A stretch of DNA of 64,000 bases from Paraspadella gotoi. Taxonomy: Eukaryota > Animalia > Chaetognatha. A program made the translations under genes and the position numbers. Below the pieces are notes generated by a model, which saw only the letters and a program-made list of their open reading frames with translations, was not told the DNA's origin and searched no databases. Shown one piece after another: positions 1-13,427 of the stretch. The stretch lies in the NCBI GenBank assembly GCA_051294375.1, contig CM119271.1, positions 5,879,991 to 5,943,990 of the forward strand. The letters run 5' to 3'. The number at the start of each line of letters is the position of its first letter. Within the stretch, counting starts at the first letter, position 1.

Positions 1-388
1 GAAGAGCAAGAACGGTAATTCCAAAGTGTTGCACCGCAGTAACTTTCAATCACGGTTGATAACGTGAATAATGTAATATACTGTATATTGGAATTCGATC
101 TTTTATTCTTTTTATGATTTATTTGAAAACAAAAAGCAGCGCGAGCAGTCGCTTAGATTCCTTGTCAGTAAAATTAACAAAAGAGGAGTAACCGAATTTA
201 AGCCACATTAAATTTTAGGACATGTGATCGCTTTTTAAGACATTATAAGTATGATACACATACAAAATATTTCTTATTTTACCTCACTTTAACACCGAAT
301 ATGAGCTAAATTGATGAACATTTTTAATATAAATGGGACTGACCAATTGACAGACATATCGACCGAGCGACCAACACCGAGCAATTAG

Positions 389-574
<186 letters not shown>

Positions 575-1812
575 AGACGCCGGAGACGCCGCCAATGACG
601 ACGACGACTAGCGCGACGCCATCGTTGATTTTAATGATTAATAATAATTATAATAATAATAATAATAATAATATTTTAATGATACTAATGACAATCTCAT
701 TGGAAGTAGTTAAGGTCATCCCTTCCCACGCCCCCAAATGAGTAGCTTATGCTTTATGAATCCCGATGTCGCGTGGATTAGACTAATAAGTAACGTTGCT
801 AAATACGGATTTTTGTCCTGATAGTTGTTAATTATTTTTAAATTAAGTAAATTATAGGACCATTTTCATCATCTAATCCAGGTCCGAGCGGGTTCATAAA
901 CTCGCTACTCGAATACGGAATGATCTGAATATTTAAAATGTAATGCTATAATATATAATTTTTGAAAAAAAGTTTTGCAAACAAAAAAAATTAGATATTA
1001 GAATATTTAATCTTCATGTAGTAATTAAGGAAAACCTCTGACTTGAACAATGAACAAATCATAATGTATATTGGAAATATTGTCAACGTCATATGAATAT
1101 AAGATTAGAATCGATTTCTGTCCAAGATTTCTCTGGTGAAGAAAATTGAGTAACAGTTAAGAGCGTTAACCGTTAACATTTCCGCCATCGTTAAAAAGGA
1201 TTAGCCTTTAATCTCTCGTCGCCGGTGTTGGTGGCTATAGTTCCGTCAAAGAACAAATGTGAAAACGGCTAACAACGGCAAGGATCTGGCTCGCGTTTTT
1301 TCTCTCGCTCTAAATCGATGGCAGATAAAGCATTAAGATTAACATAAAGGGGCCGTGTCTTCCCATCGATTTTTCCCGTCGACTTTTTGACACATCGACT
1401 TTGACACTCGCGTCAGATAACCGAAGACGTTTTTGTCAAGAAACGCGTCGATAATTGGACGGGCAACGGCGAAAGAATTCATGGAAAACAAAAAAGATCA
1501 ATAAAGATGCAGGGGAACATACATTTCGCTGACTACAAAATTCCCGGAGATTTAAGCTCGTGGATGATTACGAAAGTTGCCAAATTTTTGAAATATCATC
1601 ACAATTTAGTGACGAGCGATTTAAAAATTTCGTAAGGAAATGGAACATGGACAATCAACAGACGGAAGCTTTTTAATATCGTTAAAGACTTGCCCTATAC
1701 TGATGGAGGCCTTAAACCACCAAAGCCTGTCCAAAGTCAGGGGCAAGATAGCTTATTTATTAAATGAATGGATAATTTTTATATTGGTTGTACCAATTTC
1801 ATATATTCAATA

Positions 1813-1935
1813 TAAGCCGTCCCTGAGCTGAGGATCAGGCTGTATCACTCTAAGTGATAAGCAGCCACCGGGTTAAAACCCCGGACCTTTGAGATGGGAG
1901 GCAAATGACTTGCCTCCTGTTTCAATGGCCGCTAA
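1813..1935 (-). mobile_element. Possible degenerate tRNA-derived SINE fragment
   Basis: The minus strand reads ...gcctcccatctcaaaggtccggggttttaacccgg..., a tRNA-like 3' half with a degenerate B-box (GGTTTTAACCC). Its tail (tcagggacggctta) recurs on the + strand at ~3254-3268. Confidence 0.3.
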
Positions 1936-2489
1936 TGAACGGTTGGCGGTTTTTTGTCCACCATAATCTCTTCATCTTATCCTCGTTTATCATAATGTGA
2001 CCATCATGTCAAATGATTGTCCAGTCAAGTGAACTGATACTGAAAAAAAAACGAATTAAATTAAAGAGGAATCCTGATTTTCGCTTAAATGAATACAAGA
2101 TTTAAAAAAATCGAATCCAATTGATTTGATTGATAGCGGAACAGATGAGAGGTTTTTTTAAATCCAATTAACTTCTAATTGCATCTCGTCGTTTATCGAA
2201 ATCACTGAGTAGAATTAAATTTGAAGACATGCGGCATATGAAGCATTAGTGAGAAGTTAAATTAATATATACGCAAACAAGAAAAACTTTGCTTGCGCGT
2301 GAAATTATCAGTAATGTTCGGATGTTGGATTTGTAATTTTGTAATCGCTCTAGTGTTTTTACGTACATAATAAGCTTTTTCTCTCCAGTTCTGCTTACTG
2401 TTGACTATGACTTGCATGATTAACAAATTAAATTATTAATAAATTAATTAATTAATAATAATTATAATATATAATAAATCATATTTAAT

Positions 2490-2555
2490 AATTAATTAAT
2501 CATCTGATTTGCTGCTTACCGCTAAATGATTGTGAGCAGATCTGGCGATGTTTAT
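2490..2555 (+). mobile_element. HINE-family element, 3' end fragment
   Basis: ccgctaaatgattgtgagcagatctggcgatgttt matches the 3' end of the copies at ~44235-44270 and ~59320-59360. Confidence 0.6.
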
Positions 2556-4311
2556 AGGAGAATATTAAAATTAAAGGAGAAAAATGTTTATTTTGTTTCA
2601 GAATTTATATAAATTCACGAATTATGTCGTGAGTTCAATTATCGTTGCCTGAAAGAGCCCGATTGTAAGCAGAATACTCAAAGTTATTATTCTTTCAGAG
2701 GATAAAACAAAGCGTACGTAACTGAAACATTTGGAGAATTTTATTTGCAAAGCGAAAACAGCAATATTACGGACATTTTGCTTGTTTCCTTGACGAAATT
2801 TCAAAAAGGGAAACAAATCTTTTGATTCATTGAAGAAATAAAATTCTTCTATTTTCTCTCTCGCTGCTTCTTCGGAGATAGTTTTTACTATAGTTTTTAA
2901 TAAAAGTTTTTCGTCAACAGGCAGGTAAAAACGCAAAGAATTGTGTAATTTCAGTGTAATTATAAAGATTTCTTAAAACACTATTTTTTTTTTTCGTTTT
3001 GATGACAGAATATTTCGACCTAAAAGCGAAGGCGAAGCCGCAGAAGTTTTAACAATTGCCAAAGGACTGGCCATTTAGTCGCAACGCCGGCGCACTCTAA
3101 GGATTCTCAGCTTTGCTCTCCTTTTTTTTCTTTTCTTATTTTCCTTTTTTTTCTTTTTTGGTTATTTTTTTCTGCTTTTTCTACCTTTCTGTATTCTCAC
3201 CACCCCGTCACCCAGGCATTAGGATCCCCACCTAAGCGTAAAAGTCAGGCGTATCAGGGGACGGCTTAAAAGCAGTTAAGTAAACCCGGTAGTAGTATAT
3301 TTTATATATTAGAAGATATTCGGGTTTACCGGTTTTTCTAGTTTTAGACTAGAAATGTTTTAATTTCTACTCCACATACTGTCACTTTGTCTTTAGATAA
3401 TTGATTTTTAGCTCGTAATTATTTCCTAACGCAATCAAATAATTTTCTTTTTTTTTCAAACTCTAGGAGGTGGAAATTAGGTACCACTTTCCCGAAATAA
3501 GCTTTCCCCGAATAGTGTGTTTTGGCTATATTATTATTAAAACTTAATAAGCATTGGCGTTAGTCTTTTGTGTGATTTCTACTCGGTATTCGGGGGGCGG
3601 CGCTGCGCTGAATTCCGTTGTTCTTCTGTTCTTCGCTTCCGTTGCTTTGGTATCTCGTTGTCGCTCGCTCATTGTTCTCACGACACCCTCTCCGTCTCCT
3701 TTCTCGTACTTAACCTTAATTATACTGTTTATTAGCTAATTTATTTATTTAATTTCCATCTTCGGCTTCGGCTCTCAGCTATGTCACATTTATATTTTGT
3801 ACCGTTCTCGCTTTCGTTTCTGTTTCATTATGGCGGCCGTATTTCTCTCACGACACCCTCTTCGTTTGAACATGATTTTTTTTCCTTTTCATTTGTTTGT
3901 TGGCTCAACCGCTACCCAATTATCCCGTCGATCGATGTGGACGGCGATGTTGTACTATCTGTTATCGAAACCGCCTCTAGATCCATAATATATCCATATA
4001 TATATCCAATATATATCCGTCAGTCACTAAACCTTTTGGATTCTTATACCAGCACAAAGAGTTAAAAAATGCTTTTTGAATTATATTTCATTTTTTGTCT
4101 AGTATATCAAGAATTTAAAATGAATACCCCGATATGGATGGCGAAGTCTCGGTTATAAACATTCATCATTTCGATTTATTGCGGAATCATCATAGAAAGC
4201 ATACAAAACGCAAACATGTATTTTTCGGAACCTGACTACCTGTTACCAAACTTTTCACATTGAGCCAAGCTTTACCTATTTTTGTCGTAAAGCCGTCTTT
4301 TTCCCCCAAGG

Positions 4312-6495
4312 ATGTCGGACGTTAAAACTCATTTTGTCGTCGTCGGCGGAGGAATCGGAGGCGTGTCGTGCGCCAAGAATTTGCACTATCAGCGCCCCGA
4401 TTCGAAAATCACGCTCATTTCTGCCACCACGCTCGTCAAAACGGTCTTGAACCTCAAGGAATACGGCAAAAACTTGCAAGAGTTCGAAGTAAAAGAGACG
4501 CCGGGCTCGGAACTCGAACGGCAATGTCCCAACGTCAGCGTCGTCAATGCCGAGGCCACCGAGATCCACGCCGATAGAAAAGTGATCCGTTGTGGCGACG
4601 GGAACGAGTACGCCTACGATAAGCTATGCCTTTGCAGTGGAGGCACTCCCAAGTTAATGAAGATTGGTGACGACGCTGAAGATTTACCAGTCATTGGAAT
4701 CAGGGATCTTGAAAGCGTAGTCCAGTTCCAAGCGCGTCTTAACCGGGCCAAGAGGATCATCATTGTTGGTACATTAAAACAACGCTTTTATGGACGAAAT
4801 AAGTTTTAAAAACTAACTCTCACGATTTTGTGACATTGATTTCAAAGGGAACGGAGGAATCTCGATGGAATTGGTTTACGACATCACGGGATGCGAAATA
4901 GTGTGGGCGATTCGCCACGACTCCATCGGCAACAGCTATTTTGACTCCGGCGCAGCTCAGTTTCTCGTCCCGAGACTCTTCGAAGGAGTTCGACAGGCAC
5001 GTTGTTATTACTTTATAGAAAAAGTTTTTTTTTGGATATTAAGGAAAGCTACTTTGTTCCGCCTTAACATTTACAGAACGTTGAACACGTTAAGCGCCAG
5101 CAGTTTGAATCCGAAGTTGTTCACGGCGTTGCCGTTTACACGGGACATCCGCGTGGTGGCAGCCTGGACCATAGCGGCGTGACTTCGTCTCATCCGTCCT
5201 CTTCCCATGGAATTGTTTCAGGACCGAGTAAAGGACCCATCTATGGAAGCGCCCTCGGTCCAGACTGGAAAGAGACGTTGCGGATGAAGGGTTCACTGAG
5301 CGAAGACAAGAAGACTTACCCTCTCGTTGTTCTCGAATATTGCGTCGAGGTCGAGCAGATTATTAGTCCCGCGACGTTTCGCGCGAAGGGTCTTCGCGCC
5401 GAATCTTTCAAGACTGCTGATGCTTCGAAAGCCCAAGAGGAAGAAGAAAAAATGGAATGGTCCGTCTACGTGCTGTTATCAAATGGTCACTATTGGGGGG
5501 CGGACTTTATCGTTAACGCAACTGGTGAGATGACGATGAACGATGATTCGAACGAAGAATCTCAAACATTGTCCTTTCGTAACCCTTGATTTGTCAATAT
5601 GTAGTCGAAAACTTAGTTTTTCAGAATCTATCAATCAACTACTCTTTCTTCGACAGGAGTTACACCGGTCAAACCTCGGCTCATCGCCAATAGTAACGCT
5701 TCCTTTAAAGTGGCCGAAGACGGCGGATTGATCGTCGATGAGATGATGCGGACAAATGTCGATCATATTTTTGCGGCAGGGGACGCCTGTCACGCAGGCT
5801 GGAAATTCGCGGACAACTGGTTTCAAATGCGCCTCTGGTCTCAAGTGCGTGAAGTTGTATTTATTTCCCTTCAATTTTGATGAGTTATTCCTCTTTACAT
5901 TCCCATTACTCTGAAATTGTATCAATTTTTTTCATTTTCATAGGCTCGACAAATGGGAATCGCAGCGTCGCGCGCAATGGTCGCCGATGTGGAGGGTACT
6001 ATTGAGAATTTGTCTCAAGATTTTTGTTTCGAATGCTTCACTCATGTTACAAAATTTTTCAACTACAAATGTGTCCTATTAGGCCGCTATAACGGTCAAG
6101 TAAGTGTGATAACTTATTGAATTGTATCACCTGAAAAATTGAATGTAATTATTTATAATTTTTAAGAAAAAATCCAAATTGTTTTACTATATTAGTAAAA
6201 TTAGACTAAATTTTAAAGCGAATATAAAAGGTTTAACATGTTTTACATAGTATTAAATTTCATTATTATTTGAAAACAGGGACTCAAAGATTACAATTGC
6301 ATAGTACGAACCACACCGGGAGTGGAATATATAAAATTGGTGGTTGTCGACGATCGAATTCAAGGAGCGATTTTCATCGGCGAGACGGACTTAGAAGAGA
6401 CCTTCGAAAATCTCATCTTGAATCAATTAGACATCGGTCGATTTGGTGAAAATATTCTTTATCCTGGAATCGACATTGAGGACTACTTTGACTGA
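4312..6495 (+). CDS. PYROXD1: Pyridine nucleotide-disulfide oxidoreductase domain-containing protein 1 (~6 exons)
   Basis: Rossmann motifs [13 protein letters not shown] and [15 protein letters not shown], plus [42 protein letters not shown] and C-terminal GIDIEDYFD*. Confidence 0.95.
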
Positions 6496-6941
6496 CATAA
6501 AATTAGTGATAGATTAGTTAGGATGGGTCGGGTGGGGCACTTATTCGATACTCGTGATTTTGCTATTTTCTATCGCTTTTATGACGTTCAATTAAAGCCC
6601 CCTCCAAAAAAAAATGTAGGCTGGGAATTTTCTGTATTATTTTTTAAACGCAGACTGCGCCGTGCTTATATTGAATATTAATATATCTCTACTTCTTAAA
6701 AAAATCTACCATGAAATGCCAACTCATCGTCTTTCTCTCCCTCTATACTATTTGATAATATTTATTTTAACTTTGATTCTTCAATTTATATTTCGAATTT
6801 TGTACATATAATTTACTTTTTTGCATCTTTCCAAGCTATTAAATCTAAAATGAATGAACGACAGCCACACAGTAGCAAATGAATTTTGAATTTAAAGTGA
6901 TCCTTAGTCGGAAGGAAAAATCTTAAAAAACAAACCCTACA

Positions 6942-9691
6942 ATGAACGGCATGAGCTCCATGCCGTTCGACCCAAAGATGGCGTTTCAGACTGCTATCTT
7001 CGAAGTCGCGATGGAATCTGTTTTAAAAATGTCGAACCTCATCGATCTCAAAGTTTTTATTCTTTTCGAGGACGTCGAAAAACGGCGTCACTTTGGAGGT
7101 CACGAGGATCTTTGCGACTTGTATAACGACGGAATCTTGGAGGCCCAGAAAGGTTAGGAAACCACCATCCTTTTTTTTTGTTCAATAGTCTTCGAGGTTC
7201 CTTTCTCAAACCCCGCTTTCCTCAATTTTTTTTCCACACATCAGGAGACGTAGAACTTGCGGCTGGAAAAACCGATCTTCGAGTGGTCCACAAGAGCGAA
7301 GGCGTACGCGGACGTCTTTACGATCATCGACCGCCCGCTCCCGAGTTGGACGGTCCCTCCGTCTCCTCGTCCAACATTTCTACTTCCTCCAATCTCACGG
7401 TCATTCAGCCTTCGACCCAACAACCTCAAAACCAGTTTTTGGATTCGACAAAATCGAACCAAAAATTCCTTTACGAACAACTCTACAAGCAGCTCCAAAG
7501 CGTTCTTCTCCAGCAAGTCAAACGCGAGCCTCAATCTTTAAATTCCGAAGCGCAGCAACAACAGCAACATCCGGTCCCACAAGGTCAAATATTTGAAAAG
7601 AACTCTCGACAACCTCATCTCGTCGATGACAATGAAGGAACTTCAAGCACGGCAGCAGCTGCGGCGGCTTCTGTGAGTCAGCCGTTAGAGTTAGCCACGT
7701 CATCTCCAACAAAAACCTCCGCCCCTTCGGTCCACTCTATGGCGACGCGATTCCCTCGTGTCGCTGCTTTGGACAATGATTCTTTCGCTATGTCTCCCGA
7801 ATCGCCTCTAAATGAAGCTCATTATTCACCCATTGAAAATCCTGAGCCGGCGGTCAAGATGTCTAAGAGAAATATCCTTAAGGCTGATTTGGAGGAGAGA
7901 TTAAACCTGGAGGAAAATGACGCTTCGGACTGCGGCTCGGACGGCGCTTCATCGGAGCGGAAACGAGGCGCCGCCACCCTCGATGAGGCACTTGATGCAA
8001 AGATCCCGAAGATCGATGAGATCTACGTCACGGACCCCGTGTTGGAGCAAAAGATTAAAAAAATCGAGGAGGACATAGGTTTCGACATCGCCCGAGAATA
8101 CCACGACAAAACCAAGCACCTGCTCAGCAACGTCCGACAGCCCCGCCAACCCAGCTCCCCTCTGACGTCGGCCAATTTTGACGGGCGCATGCGCCAAATC
8201 GTTGTCAAACACCACGCCAGCCAGATCATCGTCCACCCTCCGGTGGGTGCCCAGCGCCATAATCCTAACTTTCAGCAGCCTCAAATTATTTACCAGCAGC
8301 AGGCTGTTCCTCAAATCCGGACTTTAGTTCCTAACCCTCCCTATCCGGGACCAGGAACGACGCTCGTTTCTTCGGACGGAGTCCTGAGTTTATGTCCTTC
8401 AACGGAGAGTCAACAGACGACGAGTGGCACTGAGAAAACTGCTATTTCCGCACCTACACCGGTAGACAAACCGCGGATCATTGTAACGGCCGCTTCGGCA
8501 GTTGAACGTTCCGTTGCTGCCAAGAACAAAGAGATCGCCTCTATCGTGACCCCCCCACTCAGCGTTTTTCCTGGAAGGACGATCGCCGCAAACCCCTCCG
8601 GTTCCATTACTCGAGTTCCAGACGTTGGCCACTACATAATCGTTACTCCCAGCACCCCAATGGCGTCGGCCGTCTTTACGTCATCGTCACCCGGGACTGC
8701 TAAATTGTCTACCATTGGCGCCGGTTCCAGTACCATTCCATCGTCGATCAACATTCCGGTCTCTAACGTTGGCACCGTTTCTAGTGCGGTTCCATCGACA
8801 ATATCTACCTTAGATAATTCCAGCTCTGTTTCTTTGACCACCATCGATGATCTCGCCAAGGGCGTTTTGACGGGTGTTCAAGGCAACGTCTTCAAAAAAG
8901 ATCTCATCAAAAAAGTTGACGATTTGGACGGGATTCCTTCCTCGGGTATTTCATGTGCGTCATCTTCGGTAGTTAGTCGGAACTTGAACCTCGAGTCTTC
9001 TATGTCAAAATCCCCGATTTCCTCTGCGTCGACAACATTGCCGTCGATTTCCGGGAAACCTCTCGGCGCTGTTATCGTTCCTTCGTCGAAAGACCCGCCG
9101 TCCACCCGCGCGTGCTCGACGGGAAAAGAGGAACCCAACCAGGCTGAACTTATGATTAAGCTGTACCAAACTTTAGCCGAGGTGGTTTTCGGACCTCAGG
9201 GAGCGGATCGTCCAGAGTCCTCGGCAGTGACGTCACAGACTAGGCAAGACCAGCCCAATGGGGTCGTTCTCTCCGATTCGAAGGAGGAGGAAGACGTCGC
9301 GGTGTCGAAAGACCCGACCCCTGAGCATGTTCCGCCCATCGTTTGTCAACCGAGTCGGCAAGTTTTCTCTTTGACCGCGCTGGAGGAGTCCACCGCGGAG
9401 ACTGCGAACGAGGCCGGGAGCCCGTTATCTACGATTTCTGAGGCAACCGTTCAGTCGAGTTCGACCGGTCTCGGCGAGGGAGAGAACGTGTGCCATATTT
9501 GCCAGTACAGGTTCAAAAGGATATCTCATTTGCGTCAACACGTTCAAGAAGTTCACGAAAAAGAACGAAGGTTCAGCTGCGAGATTTGCAGGAGATTGTT
9601 CAAACGGGCCGAGCATCTGAGGAAGCACATGAGAACTGTCCACAAAGGCGCCAAACCGGACGAGGAGAGCGAGTGCATCGTTCTCACATGA
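6942..9691 (+). CDS. C2H2 zinc-finger protein A: shared N-terminal domain, long S/T/Q/P-rich linker, 2 C-terminal fingers (exons 6942-7152, 7245-9691)
   Basis: A GT-AG intron at 7153-7244 joins AQK|GDVEL in frame. Fingers are CHIC-x12-HVQEVH and CEIC-x12-HMRTVH. Confidence 0.88.
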
Positions 9692-10366
9692 TTTTGAAGC
9701 AGCATGAAAGGGCACCTCTGGAGGGAGAATTTATTTTCGTTTTACAATGTACTATTTTTTTCTGGCTTTTTGAAAGTAATTTTATTTATTAACGTGCATT
9801 TAATCTCCTATTTTGATCGTGCATGTTTGTAGGGTGTAGACGGCATAGCATGTGACTTTTGAAATGCTCTTTAAATTAGATAAATTCTTCATTCGTCTAT
9901 GTTTCCGTTCTTCTGTCCTGGCTTGGCTCTAAAACGTATTATACCCAATGAGCTTTTATTTAGTTTTATACTATTTTGTTCTGATATACATATTACATAT
10001 ACTTTATTATGAAAAGCTTCGTTTCCGTAAAAACTAAAATGGACCGAAATTTTTTATTCCTGTATGAATTGGTTTTCATAAAACATTCTTTTATCTTGTT
10101 TTTGGTTTATTATTACTTAAAAAACTTGATATATTCATCTCCAATATTGATGTATGATTATTGATTAATGCTGTAAAAATTACAAAACAAGTAGTTCAAA
10201 ACATTTTTACACCCGTTTTGTTTACAGTTTACTCCATGTTAGACTAATTGTCGACTTTATTTGTTCAGGTCGTAATTCTCATTTTGAAACATATGTAAAC
10301 GTATCATCGACACTCTTAATCGTCAATAAATTTTATTTCGTACAATCGTTTCAGAAAAAAAAACGG

Positions 10367-12089
10367 ATGGCGCTGCCCTCCATGCCCTCGTCTTGGGCGT
10401 CTCGCAAGAGTTTTCAGGATGCAATGGTTCGTCGCCGCGAGGCGGAGAACGATCACCGCGACAGATGGCGCAATAACAGTCTATATTTTCAACGCGCCGC
10501 AGTGGCCTGCGATAAGCAGAACTCTTGGACCTCGGAGGAGTCCTTCAAGGGGAGCATGAAGGCCTTCGCCAAAAAAACCCAGTCGGAGGAGAAAATGATC
10601 GCGTTGGAGAAGAGACGAGAGCGACTCGGCGAGCTGCTTGGTCAAGAACGGCGACTGTATGAGGAAGAGCTAAAGGCCATTACACCCGGAAATCGAGAAA
10701 CGATACAGGTGATAAATGGCTTCCGTTTAGGTGGGAATGTCGAAACTATGGGATATTTCTCCCAAGTTTCTTTTGATATTCTTTATTATTGACATAATTT
10801 GACGAGAGTTTGGAAAATATTCAACATATTATTTATGCCTACAGGAGATTCGCGAAAAGATCGCGGAATTGAGGACGACGCGCGAGGACACTCGTCGAAA
10901 AGAGGCCGATGAGAAATTCTACCAACACTTTCTCAACAACAACCCCGACCTGCGAAAGGTTCGGCGAGACACTGACCAGAAGAAGATGGTCGTCGCCTGG
11001 GAGGATCAGATCGAGGAAGCTAAGATGAAGAGGGAGGAGGAGGCGGCGTTGAAGGCGCGGGAAGAAGAAGAGGCTCAACGAATGAGAAAGGAAGAGGAAA
11101 ATGAAGAGAGACGGCGCTTGGAGATGAAAAGAATTACGGAGGAACGCGCCAAAGCGGCCTTGCAAATGCAGGTGCAAGAGTTGCAGAACCGGGAGCGCGT
11201 TTCTCGCCGATTGAAAGAGGAAGAAGAGAACTTGTTGCGTCAGGGTTTTCTGATCGCCGATCTGAAGCAGCAGCGCGAAGCGCAGGAGTCGCTTCGCCGC
11301 GAGAGGGAATACCGCAAGGCGCTCATCAGACAGCACAAGGCCGTACTGAGACGACGTGCCCAAGACGTACAGGAAGAGCTCGAACAGGATATGGCCATCC
11401 TCAAAACGTTAGCCGAGCAAGAGGCAACGGAGAGACACGTCGTTTCTTCGCGAAGGGAAAAAGCCGTCGCCGACGTGGCTTGGATGCGGCGCGTTCTTGA
11501 GGACCAAATGCGCCTCGAACAGCAAAGGAATATCGAACTGGAGGCAATGTATCAAGAGGAAGCTGCTCGCGTTTGGCGAAAACGAGACGCCGAGTGGGAG
11601 CGAGAACGGCTCGCCCGGCAACGTTTGATGCAGGAAGTCTTTGATGAACGCGAGAACCAGTTGCGGGAAAAGATGACGGCGGTGCGGCAAGAGAGGGAGG
11701 AGGCGCTACGGCGCAGAGAAGAGGCCCTCGCCGAGGTGGAGATAGCCAATAAAATGGCCAAGGAAGAGGAGGAAGATCTGAGGGCGATGAAGCAAAAATC
11801 TCGAAGGGACATGGAATCCCAGCGGGACGCCAAGGTCGAGAGACTCGCTCTCGAACGACTCCATTTGAGAGAGGAAGAGCAAGAAGAGCGTAGACGCGCG
11901 CGCGAATACGACGAAATGATCGCGAGAGAGACCGACAGGTTTAGGAGGGACGAGGGCACGCTGGAGAGTCCGACAGTCTCGGATCGATCCGTCGCCAGTA
12001 AATCGAGCCTCAGGTCAAATCCTCCATGGGCCACCTACGAAGATACGGATGACTCTCACCAAATGCGGAGGAAAAGCGCTTGGACTTAA
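10367..12089 (+). CDS. TCHP: Trichoplein keratin filament-binding protein (exons 10367-10708, 10845-12089)
   Basis: N-terminus MALPSMPSSW...RWRNNSLYF...KQNSWTSEESFKGSMKAF, a long E/R/K coiled coil, EEAARVWRKRDAEWERERLARQRLMQEV and C-terminal RKSAWT* are all trichoplein-like. Confidence 0.9.
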
Positions 12090-12338
12090 TAACAAATTCC
12101 TATATTGTCAATTCTTTCGACCCATGTGAATTTTTTTAATCAAAGATGAAAGCAGTATTCGTATCCGTCCAAACTTCTTTCTGTGATCTCACAAACTTAT
12201 TTTCGTGAATTGTTCTATTCCGCACACAATTTTGTATATTTTTACACAATTTAGCTTCTTAGAGTGTAATTACATGACGTAATTATTATTATTTAAAATA
12301 TTCCTGATTTACAGTCCAACATTCAACGAATTAAAAAA

Positions 12339-13427
12339 ATGTCAGTCGCCCGATCCGACGTCACGGAGGCCGTGGAAAGTCAAACTTTCGAAATTCTCAT
12401 GGAGTCTGTGTTAAAGATGTCGAAACTTATGAATGTCTCCGTCTTCCTCCTAGTGGAAAACCGTTTGCGGCAGCGATGTTACGGTGGCAGCGACGCTTTC
12501 TGCCTCGCCTACTCAAAAGGCCGCATGAGGGCTCGGGCCGGCGACCTTCGTCTCGGCGTTGAGGATCTCGACGCTGAAGTGGAGGAGGAAGATTGGTTGG
12601 CGAGAGTTGAGGACGTCGACGAAGAGTCCGTCAAGTCACGACGGAGCGACGTTGACTACGTTCCCGATGAGTACGACGATGTCGCTTCGAACGAAAATGA
12701 TGACGTCTCGGAGTTTTCCCTGTCGACGCACGACGGAAGAACGCGACGGCACCGACCGAAAAAGAAATCCAATCGACGGAATTTTTCTTCGTCGCCCGAG
12801 GAGAGAGGCGCTGACGATTACGACGACGGCGTGGTTGTCGGGGACGAGGGCGGATGTGGCGCCAATGACGCCGACTTCGCGCGGCAGATCCGCGATTACG
12901 CTGAGGGTCGCGGCGGTTACGAAGATTCGTGGGACGCCGACGTCGTGGAATTCCTGAGATTTCAAGATGATGATGATGATGATGACGATTATCGTCGCGA
13001 TGTGAACCGTGTTGACGACGTTGTCGACCACGACGACACCTCTGCCACTGACGATGAATGGAAACCGGTAAATTATGGCAAGGGAAAAATATATCAGCGA
13101 GAAAGACGAAAATACATTTCGAAGGAGAAAAAAAGAAAAGCCCGGATGAGCGAGGAGGCTGCGGCGGCGGCGACGTCGGCAAACTCTGATAAAAAACCTT
13201 TCAAAGTCGAAAAGTCCGAATCGGCGGCGCCTGAAGCCGATAAGAAAAATTACACTTCCGGTAGTTGTCCTTACTGCGATCAACATTTTAACAAGTTAAA
13301 ACAGCATGTGCAGGACGTTCATGAATGCGAAAGAAAGTACTCTTGCGAGATTTGCGCCAAGAGATTTAAAAGAGACTCCCACTTGAGGCAGCACTTGAAA
13401 GGCGTTCACAAAATCTATTTAAATTGA
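12339..13427 (+). CDS. C2H2 zinc-finger protein B, single exon: shared N-terminal domain, D/E-rich linker, 2 C-terminal fingers
   Basis: Uninterrupted 362-aa ORF. CPYC...HVQDVH-ECERKYS-CEICAKRFKRDSHLRQHLKGVH is closely similar to the gene A fingers. Confidence 0.88.
   Translation: MSVARSDVTEAVESQTFEILMESVLKMSKLMNVSVFLLVENRLRQRCYGGSDAFCLAYSKGRMRARAGDLRLGVEDLDAEVEEEDWLARVEDVDEESVKSRRSDVDYVPDEYDDVASNENDDVSEFSLSTHDGRTRRHRPKKKSNRRNFSSSPEERGADDYDDGVVVGDEGGCGANDADFARQIRDYAEGRGGYEDSWDADVVEFLRFQDDDDDDDDYRRDVNRVDDVVDHDDTSATDDEWKPVNYGKGKIYQRERRKYISKEKKRKARMSEEAAAAATSANSDKKPFKVEKSESAAPEADKKNYTSGSCPYCDQHFNKLKQHVQDVHECERKYSCEICAKRFKRDSHLRQHLKGVHKIYLN

Noticed and set aside
125-385. Second repeat family fragment (gtcgcttagatt plus gacc-type microsatellite, also at ~35055-35220)
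   Set aside because: Similarity is too short and degraded to define boundaries.
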